A DNA stretch of 63,988 nucleotides, the filler included, from Candidatus Woesearchaeota archaeon (GTDB lineage Archaea > Nanobdellota > Nanobdellia > Woesearchaeales > CAZJJJ01): the NCBI GenBank assembly GCA_046538795.1. It is 6 parts of 6 records of this genome, joined end to end, with 100 filler letters (N's around TTAATTAATTAA, not from the genome) between each part and the next. Parts side by side here need not be neighbours in the genome. Positions count along the whole stretch, not along the records: positions 51,003 to 58,188 come from JBKHIF010000067.1; positions 58,289 to 63,988 come from JBKHIF010000079.1; 4 more parts are not named here. One strand, written 5' to 3'. Below, piece after piece: positions 51,003-60,107 of this stretch (its first letter is position 1; each line of letters opens with the position of its first letter). The notes beneath the pieces were generated by a model. The model saw nothing but the letters and a program-made list of their open reading frames with translations. It did no database searches and was not told where the DNA came from. The position numbers and the translations under genes are program-made.

Positions 51003-51538
51003 TAGCGGTAGCTTTGTCGAATTGTCGTCGACAGAATAACAAGTTATATAAATCATCAAAGTCGTACTAATGTCTTAATGAAAGTTCATAATCTTAGTGG
51101 CTGACTAGCTGTAATATAATTATGGGCAAGGTAGGGTTTCCTTTTTACAAAGCAAATGTTAGCTTTCGAAAGAGGGAATCCTTGTAAATATAAATTGCAG
51201 AATTTTCTACCTTCCTTACCATATTGGCTGCCAATATCGCTCCTTACTGAATTCGCTTCAATTTGATTGCCTTGTTCAAATAATCGTTTTATGTTCAAAT
51301 AAACGTTTTATATAAATTGATGTTTCAAATAGGTTGCGAGTCGTCGGTTTCAAGTATTTTAAAAATCTATCAACAGTACCATCAGATATATTTGTGGATG
51401 TAAATTTAATTATTCTTTGGTAAAAATCATAGTCGTAAAAATTAACCAATAATTTACATTTGATTTGATCAGACCACCAGCAGTTTTAACAACTTGAACT
51501 ACCTTACTTATAAATCTCCAGAAAATGTGGTGAAGGCA

Positions 51539-51892
51539 TTATTTTACTTTACGACGTGATTTTAAATCTATAAGATGTTCTGAAAAACTCGCAATGTTTT
51601 TCTTGATAAATACTTTAGACCCCGTCATAATACCCCCTAATCGATCAACTCGTATTTCATCACCATCTTTTGCAATTTCACGTTCATCATTTGAAGAATA
51701 TGGTATAAATTCATCTTCATCAAGCTTATTGTTTATATCTGATAATATTGATGCAAATTGATCCTTAGATACTAAAAAATTGATTTCACTATGACTATCA
51801 ATAACAGAACCAAAATCCGCCTTGTCAAAAGAAAACTCGCATTTCATATTAATTGAATTGTTTGTAACCTGTATATGTTTTTTCATTAACAA
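51539..51892 (-). CDS. Hypothetical protein
   Basis: 117-aa ORF immediately downstream of SRP54. Confidence 0.45.
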   Translation of the reverse strand: MLMKKHIQVTNNSINMKCEFSFDKADFGSVIDSHSEINFLVSKDQFASILSDINNKLDEDEFIPYSSNDEREIAKDGDEIRVDRLGGIMTGSKVFIKKNIASFSEHLIDLKSRRKVK

Positions 51893-51907
51893 AAAATAAT
51901 TTCGATA

Positions 51908-53287
51908 TCAGAATCCTTTAAAGCCTTTCATCATGCCAGGCATTTTCTTTCCGCCGAACTTTCTCATCATCTTGTTCATGTCAGCGTTCTCTAAGTCCTG
52001 GCCCTTAAACATCTTCATCATCTTCTTTGATGTCCTGTACTGTTTTACAAGTTCACGAACTTCCTGAACCTTTGTTCCTGAGCCTTTTGCGATCCTCTCT
52101 GCTCTGGAAGAATCTATGCTTTCAGGATCCTCAAGTTCATGTTTTGTGCAGGAGTTCATTATGAATTTCCATTTCTTGAGCTTTTCTTCCTGAACATCAA
52201 GCGCTTCTTTAGGAAGTTTCAGCTGACCCATTCCAGGAATCATCTCGATTAGTTTTCTCATGGAACCCATCTTTTTCATGGCTTCCATCTGCTCATAAAG
52301 ATCAATAAGATTGTATTCTCCAGAAAGGAATTTTTTTCCAAGGTCTTTTGCATCTTCTTCAGATATAGCTACCTGAGCCTTGTCAAGAAGCGATTCTATA
52401 TCACCCATCCCAAGTATTCGTCCAACAAATCCTTTAGGATTAAAAGGCTCAAGGTCATCTACTTTTTCTCCGACTCCTATGAACTTGACTTTTGCCCCTG
52501 TGACAGAACATGCTGCCAAGACACCGCCGCCTTTTGCAGTTCCTTCAAGTTTTGTTACGATAACTCCTGTAACGCCCACAGTATCGTGGAATGCAGTTGC
52601 CTGCCTTTCTGCGGTCTGACCTATGTCTCCTGAGATGACAAGTAGTTTTTCATCAGCCTGCACAACCTTGTGCATCTTGTCTAACTCTTCTATAAGATCT
52701 TCAGAAAGAGCATCGCGTCCTGCTGTGTCGATTATCACAACATCATATTCATTAAGCTCTGCTTCAAATTCTTTGTATATCTTAACAGGATCTTTTTCTT
52801 CTGGTTTTCCAAATACTGCAACTTCGATCTGCTTTCCCAGCTGTTTTAACTGGTTGAAAGCAGCAGGTCTCCAGGTATCTGTTGAGATTAATGCAACCTT
52901 TTTACCTCTTGTCCTGAAATATTTTCCAAGCTTTCCGGCAGTTGTCGTCTTTCCAGAACCAAAGAGTCCTACAAGCATGATTTTTGTAGGCTTTTTATCA
53001 AGATTTATCTTTTCAGCCTCTCCGCCCAAGAAATTCACAAGCTCGTCATAGACGATCTTTATCAGATGCTCTTTTTTGGAAAGTCCAGGAGGAGTTTTTT
53101 CATTCTTTATCCTTGATTTGATGTGATTAGAAAGTTCCAGCACTAGTTTTACATTTACATCAGACTGCAAAAGTGCTCTTTGTATGTCTTTTACAAGCTC
53201 GTTTATCAGCTTATCATCTACAAAAAGCGCAGATGTAATCTTATTCAGCGTGCCTTTCAGGCTTTCTCCAAGCTTATCTAGTACCAT
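51908..53287 (-). CDS. srp54: Signal recognition particle protein SRP54 (archaeal type)
   Basis: IQRALLQSDVNV, GLFGSGKTT, DTAGR, TKLEGTAKGGG, Met-rich M domain. Confidence 0.96.
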   Translation of the reverse strand: MVLDKLGESLKGTLNKITSALFVDDKLINELVKDIQRALLQSDVNVKLVLELSNHIKSRIKNEKTPPGLSKKEHLIKIVYDELVNFLGGEAEKINLDKKPTKIMLVGLFGSGKTTTAGKLGKYFRTRGKKVALISTDTWRPAAFNQLKQLGKQIEVAVFGKPEEKDPVKIYKEFEAELNEYDVVIIDTAGRDALSEDLIEELDKMHKVVQADEKLLVISGDIGQTAERQATAFHDTVGVTGVIVTKLEGTAKGGGVLAACSVTGAKVKFIGVGEKVDDLEPFNPKGFVGRILGMGDIESLLDKAQVAISEEDAKDLGKKFLSGEYNLIDLYEQMEAMKKMGSMRKLIEMIPGMGQLKLPKEALDVQEEKLKKWKFIMNSCTKHELEDPESIDSSRAERIAKGSGTKVQEVRELVKQYRTSKKMMKMFKGQDLENADMNKMMRKFGGKKMPGMMKGFKGF

Positions 53288-53480
53288 TTTCAAATAATTT
53301 GAACAGCATTACCATGCCAAGTCCTGATTATATAGCCCAGAAAAGGGATTTGTTTATAAATTTTCTCCTATAACACCCCAATATAAGCATAATTTTATAA
53401 AAAAAGGCTTGTAAACAAAAATCCTATGAATTTCTCATCAATAAGACCAAAAAAGTATAATTTAAGATCAAAACATCAAG

Positions 53481-54413
53481 ATGGCAGGAAAAAAAACCAA
53501 ACAAAAAGAACAGACGTATTTAAAGAGTGAGCCAGTGGATAATCTAGATATCGTAAGATTCCTGATCAAGCAGTCAGATCGTTATGAACTTATTTCAGAT
53601 AAAGAAGAGTTTGACAGGTTGTACAGGCTTCAGAAGAGTACAGGTTCAGATATTGAAAAATCGCGGCTCATCTGCCCGAACATAAGATTTATAACCGGCT
53701 ATGCTGCAAGTGTAAAAAACAGATATAATCTAAAGCACCTAAAAATAGAAGATCTTGTACAAGAGGGCATTTTAGGTCTTCTTAAAGCATATGATAAGTA
53801 TGATCCTGAAGCAAAAGGATCAAACGGAGAAAAAGTAAAATTTCTAAGCTATGCCGGACACTGGATCAAGCAAAGCATCGCAAGAGCTATATACAATAAA
53901 GATAGAGCAATTCGACTTTCAATAGACAGACAAAGAAAAATAGGCAGAATATTTTCTTCTGAGTCAGAGCTTGAAGAAAAACTTAAAAGAAAACCTACCA
54001 AAAACGAGCTAGCAGAAAAAATAGGTGTTGATATAACCTATATTTCCAAGATATATAATGATGGAATGCATACTATATCTCTTGACACACCCCTGGGAGA
54101 TGATTATGATTCTGAAAGCATAATAGATTACGTAGAAAGCCATTATGAAGATCCGACAGAAAACGTCCATATAAATTCTCCTGTAGAGTATATAATCAAA
54201 AACGCAGACCTGAACGAAAGAGACAAAGACATAATGAGACTCAGGCTTTTTCAAGATTACACATTAGAAGAAATAGGAATAAATTACGGCCTTACAAGAG
54301 AAAGGATTAGACAAATTGAACAAAGAGCATTTTCAAAGATAAAGCAGTTTATCGAACAGAAAGAAAAGGATGATTCTATCCACGAACTGCTCAAAAAATA
54401 TATGCCAAAATAG
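53481..54413 (+). CDS. Sigma-70 family RNA polymerase sigma factor, RpoD-like (copy 1)
   Basis: EDLVQEGILGLLKAYDKYD, KFLSYAGHWIKQSIARAI, ISLDTPLGDD, TLEEIG...LTRERIRQIE. Confidence 0.92.
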   Translation: MAGKKTKQKEQTYLKSEPVDNLDIVRFLIKQSDRYELISDKEEFDRLYRLQKSTGSDIEKSRLICPNIRFITGYAASVKNRYNLKHLKIEDLVQEGILGLLKAYDKYDPEAKGSNGEKVKFLSYAGHWIKQSIARAIYNKDRAIRLSIDRQRKIGRIFSSESELEEKLKRKPTKNELAEKIGVDITYISKIYNDGMHTISLDTPLGDDYDSESIIDYVESHYEDPTENVHINSPVEYIIKNADLNERDKDIMRLRLFQDYTLEEIGINYGLTRERIRQIEQRAFSKIKQFIEQKEKDDSIHELLKKYMPK

Positions 54414-54462
54414 GAAAGATATAAAAAAAGAACCTGATAAACATGCATGTTTCAAAACCAAA

Positions 54463-55371
54463 ATGAAAAAAATAAAAACAACAGATAACGTTGACATCAT
54501 GGAACTTGCACTTAAGGATTGCAAAAGGCTTCCTTTGATAAAAGATAAAAAAGAGTTTGATGAGCTTTACATGCTCGAAAGAAAAACAGATGATTCAGAA
54601 ATAAAAGAAATGCTAAGAAACAAGCTCATAATTCCAAACGGAAGATATGTTGCATCTGTTGCTGAAAAGACATTCAAAAAATCACGTTTAAGCACACTCA
54701 CTCAAGAAGATTTATTTCAATTAGGAATGATTGGATTATGCAAAGCTTATGAGAAATATAATCCAAAAAAGAAAGCCAAATTTCTTACTTATGCAAACTG
54801 GTGGGTTCGCCAGGAAATAATGAGAGGCATATATGAAAGAGACAGAAATGTCTATATAACATCAAAAGGGTTTTCCAACCTCATAAAAATAATCAATGCA
54901 GAATCAGAACTTGAAATGGAGCTTGAAAGGCAACCAAAAGCAAAAGAAATTGCCTTATTAATAGGAATGAACCCTGAGGAAGTGGAAAGATTAATGAGTC
55001 TTTCAAACGATACATCATCTCTTGATTCACCTATATATGAAAACGGCGATGTTATTGATGATATTGTTGACGTCATGGAAGGAGACTATAACAGAGGTCA
55101 TGTTCAATTTGATGAAATCCCTCCTGTTGAAGATATGGTTAAAAAATCAGGAATACCAGATAGAGAAAAACAGATTATCAAAGAGATATTCTATGATGGA
55201 ATGACCTTGAAAGAATCAGCAGAAATTCATGGTTTGACAAAAGAAAGAATAAGACAACTCAAAGAACACGCGCTTTATGAAATAAGGGAGTTTGCTTTTG
55301 AAAATAAGAAAAAATCAGAGATGCATCTTGATGAAAGAAGCAGACAGAAACTATCTCAAATATTATATTAA
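54463..55371 (+). CDS. Sigma-70 family RNA polymerase sigma factor, RpoD-like (copy 2)
   Basis: EDLFQLGMIGLCKAYEKY, KFLTYANWWVRQEIMRGI, SLDSP, TLKE...LTKERIRQ. Confidence 0.9.
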   Translation: MKKIKTTDNVDIMELALKDCKRLPLIKDKKEFDELYMLERKTDDSEIKEMLRNKLIIPNGRYVASVAEKTFKKSRLSTLTQEDLFQLGMIGLCKAYEKYNPKKKAKFLTYANWWVRQEIMRGIYERDRNVYITSKGFSNLIKIINAESELEMELERQPKAKEIALLIGMNPEEVERLMSLSNDTSSLDSPIYENGDVIDDIVDVMEGDYNRGHVQFDEIPPVEDMVKKSGIPDREKQIIKEIFYDGMTLKESAEIHGLTKERIRQLKEHALYEIREFAFENKKKSEMHLDERSRQKLSQILY

Positions 55372-55384
55372 AAAAATAAAAAAT

Positions 55385-57313
55385 TTAAAGTTTCTTTTCA
55401 TTAATCTCGATCAATATCCTTTTCAGGAATGCATCAATTTTCTGAGTACCTTCAACATTATTGTCTCTTGTTCTCACAGAAACAGTTCCTTCAGATTCTT
55501 CATTGTCGCCGACAACCAGGATGTAATTAAACTGCTCAAGCTGAGCATTCCTGACTTTCTTTGGTATTGATTCAGAGCGTGAGTCAACTTCCACCATGAT
55601 GTCGTTTTTCTTGAAATCATCTGCGATTTTTTCAGCATAAGGCTCATGCCTGTCTGCAACAGTAAGTATCTTTACCTGATTTGGAGATATCCACAGAGGG
55701 AACTTTCCTGCAAAATGCTCGACAAGTATGCCAAAAAATCGTTCAAGGCTTCCATATACGACCCTGTGAAGGATAAATGGCGTGTGCTTTTTTCCATCTT
55801 TTCCTTCATAGGTTATGTCAAACCTTGAAGGAAGGTTGAAATCAAGCTGTATTGTAGAACATTGCCATTCACGTCCCAAAGCGTCTCTTATCTGCACATC
55901 AAGGCTAGGCCCATAAAATTTTGCCTCGCCTTCCATCATCTCGCAGTCAAGATTAAGTTTTTTCAGGGCATTTAGTATAGCACCCTGAGCCCAGTCCCAA
56001 TCCTTATCTGTTCCAAGGTACTTGTCTTTTTTCTTTTCTCCCCTGATTGAGAGAGTGAATTTGTATTCCTTAAAGCCAAAGACCTCATACATCTCTTTTA
56101 TGAGTTTAACTATATCAATTATCTCATCCTCAAGCTGCTCATCAGAACAAAATATGTGCGCATCATCCTGAGTGAAAGATCTTACTCTGAAAAGCCCGTT
56201 AAGGACTCCTGAAAGCTCATGCCTGTGCACATGCCCAAGCTCTCCTACACGAAGCGGAAGCTCTCTGTATGAATGTATGGTTTCCTTGTAAACAAGCATT
56301 CCTCCAGGACAATTCATAGGCTTTATCGCAAAATCTTTTTCATCGATCTTTGTAGTGTACATATTGTCTTTGTATAGTTTCCAGTGTCCTGAAGTCTCCC
56401 AAAGCTCTCTTCCCAATACCATAGGAGTCTTTATTTCCTGGTACCCTCTTGCATAATGCTTTTTTCTCCAGAAATCTATAAGCCTGTTAAGGATGACCAT
56501 GCCTTTGTGATGGAAAAACGGAAATCCAGGCCCTTCTTCATGAAAACTAAATAAGTCAAGCTCTTTTCCTATTTTCTTGTGGTCGCGCTTTTCAGCTTCT
56601 TCCATGACCTTAAGGTATTCTTTCAAAAGCTTCTTGTCAGGAAACGAAATACCATATACGCGCTGGAGCTGCTTATTTTTTGCATCACCTTTCCAGTATG
56701 CGCCTGCAAGCTTTGTGAGCTTGAATGCCTTTATGTATTTGGTGCTGGGCACATGAGGACCTCTGCACGGATCGATGAAATCATTGTTTTTGTAAAGAGA
56801 TATGGTCTCTCCTTCAGGAAATTCTTTTATCATCTCAACCTTATAGGTCTCGTTTCTTTTCTTCATCTCTTTAATAGCTTCATCTCTTGAAACCTCAAGT
56901 CTTTCAAAAGGAATGTCAGAATGGACAATATCCTTCATCTTCTCCTCGATCTTTTTGAGATCTTCAGGAGTAAAATTTTCCTTGACATCAAAATCATAAT
57001 AGAATCCTTCTTCCACAGCAGGACCTATGGTAAGCTTTGTCTCAGGATAAAGATCTTTTACCGCCATTGCAAGAACATGCGCAGAAGAATGCCTGAATAA
57101 ATCGACACCCTCTTTATCGTGAAATGTAAGTATCCTTATCTTAGAATCTGTAGTAATGGGAGTTGTAAGGTCTGTTGCCTTGTCGTTCACAACAATTGCC
57201 AGTGCAGCTCTTCCCAAACCCTCTGAGATATCCTTTGCAATATCAAGCCCGGTTATCCCTTTCTCATGTTCTTTTTTTGATCCGTCCGGATACTCTATTT
57301 TTATTTTTGCCAT
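55385..57313 (-). CDS. thrS: Threonine--tRNA ligase, bacterial type
   Basis: TGS domain, HSSAH, CRGPH, KPMNCP, HRHELSG..GLFRVR. Confidence 0.96.
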   Translation of the reverse strand: MAKIKIEYPDGSKKEHEKGITGLDIAKDISEGLGRAALAIVVNDKATDLTTPITTDSKIRILTFHDKEGVDLFRHSSAHVLAMAVKDLYPETKLTIGPAVEEGFYYDFDVKENFTPEDLKKIEEKMKDIVHSDIPFERLEVSRDEAIKEMKKRNETYKVEMIKEFPEGETISLYKNNDFIDPCRGPHVPSTKYIKAFKLTKLAGAYWKGDAKNKQLQRVYGISFPDKKLLKEYLKVMEEAEKRDHKKIGKELDLFSFHEEGPGFPFFHHKGMVILNRLIDFWRKKHYARGYQEIKTPMVLGRELWETSGHWKLYKDNMYTTKIDEKDFAIKPMNCPGGMLVYKETIHSYRELPLRVGELGHVHRHELSGVLNGLFRVRSFTQDDAHIFCSDEQLEDEIIDIVKLIKEMYEVFGFKEYKFTLSIRGEKKKDKYLGTDKDWDWAQGAILNALKKLNLDCEMMEGEAKFYGPSLDVQIRDALGREWQCSTIQLDFNLPSRFDITYEGKDGKKHTPFILHRVVYGSLERFFGILVEHFAGKFPLWISPNQVKILTVADRHEPYAEKIADDFKKNDIMVEVDSRSESIPKKVRNAQLEQFNYILVVGDNEESEGTVSVRTRDNNVEGTQKIDAFLKRILIEINEKKL

Positions 57314-57474
57314 TTTTTTAAGAAGGAGTGTTGAATTTAAAAAGGTTATGCTAAGAAACAAAATATGTATAAAGTAAAAAAGAAAAAGATCATACGAAAA
57401 AAAGCTCTGATTTTTTTGTATCCTAAAAATCCATATCAAAAATACGGCTTCATATTGCGTACTTTAGTGGATTT

Positions 57475-57798
57475 TTATGATTTAAGGAATTGTATGGTCA
57501 TAGGATATTTCCATTCTTCCCCTTCATTTGCCTTTACAGCCGCCATTATGCAAAACACAAGGTTCATTATACTTAGGGCAATAAGAAGAACAATTCCAAT
57601 CACGACAAATATAAGGATAGAAGAAATAATCGAGTATATGATCAGGCTTATCTGCCAGTTTAAAGCATTGGCTGACTGCCTCTTTACATCCTTGTCTTCA
57701 CCGATCACATAAATTATCAATGGCCCTATGAAACTTGTAAATAATCCCAATATATGCGCAAGCATAATAAGCAGTTTTTGGTCTGATTTCGATGCCAT
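57475..57798 (-). CDS. DUF4870 family membrane protein
   Basis: LAHILG...GPLII, ALNWQIS, A..A..GE.WKYP. Confidence 0.85.
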   Translation of the reverse strand: MASKSDQKLLIMLAHILGLFTSFIGPLIIYVIGEDKDVKRQSANALNWQISLIIYSIISSILIFVVIGIVLLIALSIMNLVFCIMAAVKANEGEEWKYPMTIQFLKS

Positions 57799-57933
57799 AA
57801 GTAAAATTTAGATTGAATTCTTTATATAAGTTTCCATAAAAATCATAATCATTGTAAAAAGAATCTTAAAAAAAAGAGAAGGGTATGGAGTTTTTCTTTC
57901 ATATCATACAATCGATTCAACAAACTTACATAG

Positions 57934-58024
57934 ATAACTCAAACCGACAGCTATTCCCCGAACTGCTAGAAGAGTACTCTTGCAGGGCAAACCCCCAGAA
58001 AAACGAAAAGAAATTTTCAATAAA
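57934..58024 (+). repeat. Family B repeat copy 5 (internally deleted)
   Basis: ATAACTCAAA...GAGTACTCTTGCAGGGCAAA...GAAATTTTCAATAAA. Confidence 0.85.
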
Positions 58025-58188
58025 TATCGTTTTTTTCTTTTATCAGTTCACATGCAAATTTTGCTGTCAAACAATCATATCAAGATTCATTCCTTAAAAT
58101 TCAGGTCAGAAGTCATCTGTTTTAATGCTATTAATTAATTATTTTAGTGAATCTTCAGGCACATTAATCATCTTGCACTATGTTTACA

Positions 58189-58288
58189 NNNNNNNNNNNN
58201 NNNNNNNNNNNNNNNNNNNNNNNNNNNNNNNNTTAATTAATTAANNNNNNNNNNNNNNNNNNNNNNNNNNNNNNNNNNNNNNNNNNNN
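58189..58288. other. Assembly spacer
   Basis: N run with TTAATTAATTAA. Confidence 0.99.
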
Positions 58289-58322
58289 CTAATTTATAAG
58301 TGATTTTATTGAGACTAATTTA

Positions 58323-59399
58323 TTATTTTCTTGAATGTTTCTTATTTATCTCATAAAGAGCGATTATGAACAGAGCTTCACTCCACCCCAGAGGAGAGTT
58401 ATCGTTCCATTTGTCTGTATTAGAAAAATATAGTTCAGGGACTTCTCCTTTTCTATTTACTGTTTCAAGGGTTTTTTTCAGATATTTTTTGGCTTTTTTG
58501 TCATCTTTTAGATTTTCATAGATTATCGTAAGCCAGGAAAGTCCGAACGTCCATTCTGCTTCTTCTGAATAACCATCTTCATTTTTATTATAATAATAGT
58601 CATTCTTGTATCTTATTACACCTTTTTTTCTCAGCAGGTGGTATTCAATATTGTCAAGTATCTTTTCACGCTGTGTTTTTGTAGTAACATCATAAGGCCA
58701 GATAAGAGAAAGAAGAGCAAGATCCACAAATTTCTTTTTTGATTCTCTTGGAAGAAGTTTTGAAAGTGTTTTTTTTCCTTTCTTTATTACCTCAAAATCT
58801 ACATCAACATGATTAATTTTTGAAACAGCTTTCAGTCCTGCAACACATGCTCCGACAGAAGATGCATGGATCTCTTCATCTTCTTCCCACATGCCTGAAT
58901 CCTCATCTTTCCAATATCTTAAAGATTCAAGGTATTTTACAAGCTTGTTTACTATCCGTACATCGTCTTTTGTCTCAAGGATATCGATTTTGTACTTTGA
59001 TTCAAGTTCGCCTATTCCAAAAAGTATGGCTCCTATAGAATCATTTTGCTTGTTTCCCCATTCTTCCCAGAATTCATCAAATGTTTCAGGGTTAAATCTT
59101 GCGTGTATGTATTCATATCTGTGTTCTGGCTTGTGTTCTATCGCATGGTCTATCTTGTATTCGTGCTTAAGGAATATATCAAGAAGCGCCCGATATGTTT
59201 TTTTAACTGTATCTTTATCTTCAATTATCATGAATGGAAGACACTCATAGAAATTATCTCTAAGCCACGACTTGTTGTAGCCTGTGTCTGAATTCTTTTT
59301 TGATGCTGCAAAGAGCCCTGATTTATACTGGAGATTTTCAAGTATTTTCAGGTGCTGTTTTATCAGTCGGTTGTAATCTAGCTTGGTATTTTTAACCAT
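58323..59399 (-). CDS. Glycoside hydrolase family 15 protein
   Basis: GYNKSWLRD, DSGMWEE, PELY, PLGWSEA. Confidence 0.88.
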   Translation of the reverse strand: MVKNTKLDYNRLIKQHLKILENLQYKSGLFAASKKNSDTGYNKSWLRDNFYECLPFMIIEDKDTVKKTYRALLDIFLKHEYKIDHAIEHKPEHRYEYIHARFNPETFDEFWEEWGNKQNDSIGAILFGIGELESKYKIDILETKDDVRIVNKLVKYLESLRYWKDEDSGMWEEDEEIHASSVGACVAGLKAVSKINHVDVDFEVIKKGKKTLSKLLPRESKKKFVDLALLSLIWPYDVTTKTQREKILDNIEYHLLRKKGVIRYKNDYYYNKNEDGYSEEAEWTFGLSWLTIIYENLKDDKKAKKYLKKTLETVNRKGEVPELYFSNTDKWNDNSPLGWSEALFIIALYEINKKHSRK

Positions 59400-59580
59400 A
59401 TTCTCTATTGATTTGGAAATTTCATTTTTATAGTTTTCTTTTTGGATGTTTTTTTCAATTATTCTTAAAATACACAAGATTACTGATCTCGTCGACAGAA
59501 GTCACTGGACACTGGACATTTGTGTGAATGAGGTATTTAAAGAAAAGCGTCTTTTAGTTCTAGTATCAGAGGTGATAAAC

Positions 59581-59733
59581 ATGATCGTTGAAAATGCACA
59601 TAAAACAGATAAAGAAATCAGGCTTGACACAAAAACCATAGGAGGATTATTTTTTGATCAGATAAAGTCACTTACAAGAAAATCTTGTACGACTGCTATG
59701 TGTTTTGCTATGGATGCAAGGAGGTGCTGCTGA
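59581..59733 (+). CDS. Small hypothetical protein (50 aa)
   Basis: GAGGTGA SD; TGATG coupling to the next ORF. Confidence 0.4.
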   Translation: MIVENAHKTDKEIRLDTKTIGGLFFDQIKSLTRKSCTTAMCFAMDARRCC

Positions 59734-59879
59734 TGAATTTGATAAAATACAGGATATTTTTCGACAGGAAAAATGATGATTTTTTGAGAGAAAACTTTGA
59801 AGACATTATAGCAATCGACAACATGCCTGAATTTAATGATAGATTTATCGACAACATGCCTGAAAAGGCCACAACATAA
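59733..59879 (+). CDS. Small hypothetical protein (48 aa) with IDNMPE x2
   Basis: GGAGGTG SD; 18-nt direct repeat at 59814 and 59847. Confidence 0.45.
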   Translation: MNLIKYRIFFDRKNDDFLRENFEDIIAIDNMPEFNDRFIDNMPEKATT

Positions 59880-59915
59880 AGCCAAACATGCAATTAAAAA
59901 TCGGAGGTGGTTTAG

Positions 59916-60044
59916 ATGAGTTTTCTTGACAATTTCAAAAAAACTGAATTCATTGATTTCGATACATATAAGGCTCATATTGATTTTTTAGATGATATAT
60001 ATTATCATCAGAAAATGATGAGAAAAAAGCAGGCAGAGATATGA
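59916..60044 (+). CDS. Small hypothetical protein (42 aa)
   Basis: GGAGGTG SD; MSFLDNFKKTEFIDFDTYKAHIDFLDDIYYHQKMMRKKQAEI. Confidence 0.45.
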   Translation: MSFLDNFKKTEFIDFDTYKAHIDFLDDIYYHQKMMRKKQAEI

Positions 60045-60107
60045 TTTAAAAAGGTGAGATGATTGTTCAAAGCAAGTTTTATAAATTATTTTTGATTCTT
60101 TTTTTAT

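Noticed and set aside
51003..51538. Possible integron attC sites or the 70-aa ORF at 51086-51298
   Set aside because: Only short broken frames; I could not build a convincing R-box/L-box hairpin, and there is no integrase.
53481..55371. Sigma genes as a mis-binned bacterial contig or prophage
   Set aside because: Same gap-free contig as archaeal SRP54 and a family B repeat; no integrase or phage genes nearby. Read-level confirmation is still needed.
2484..58024. Repeats as a CRISPR array (ATTGAAAC occurs in family B)
   Set aside because: Copies are dispersed singly, with no repeat-spacer periodicity and no cas genes.
7476..58288. Five copies of TTAATTAATTAA within N runs
   Set aside because: Artificial contig linkers; adjacency across them has no biological meaning.
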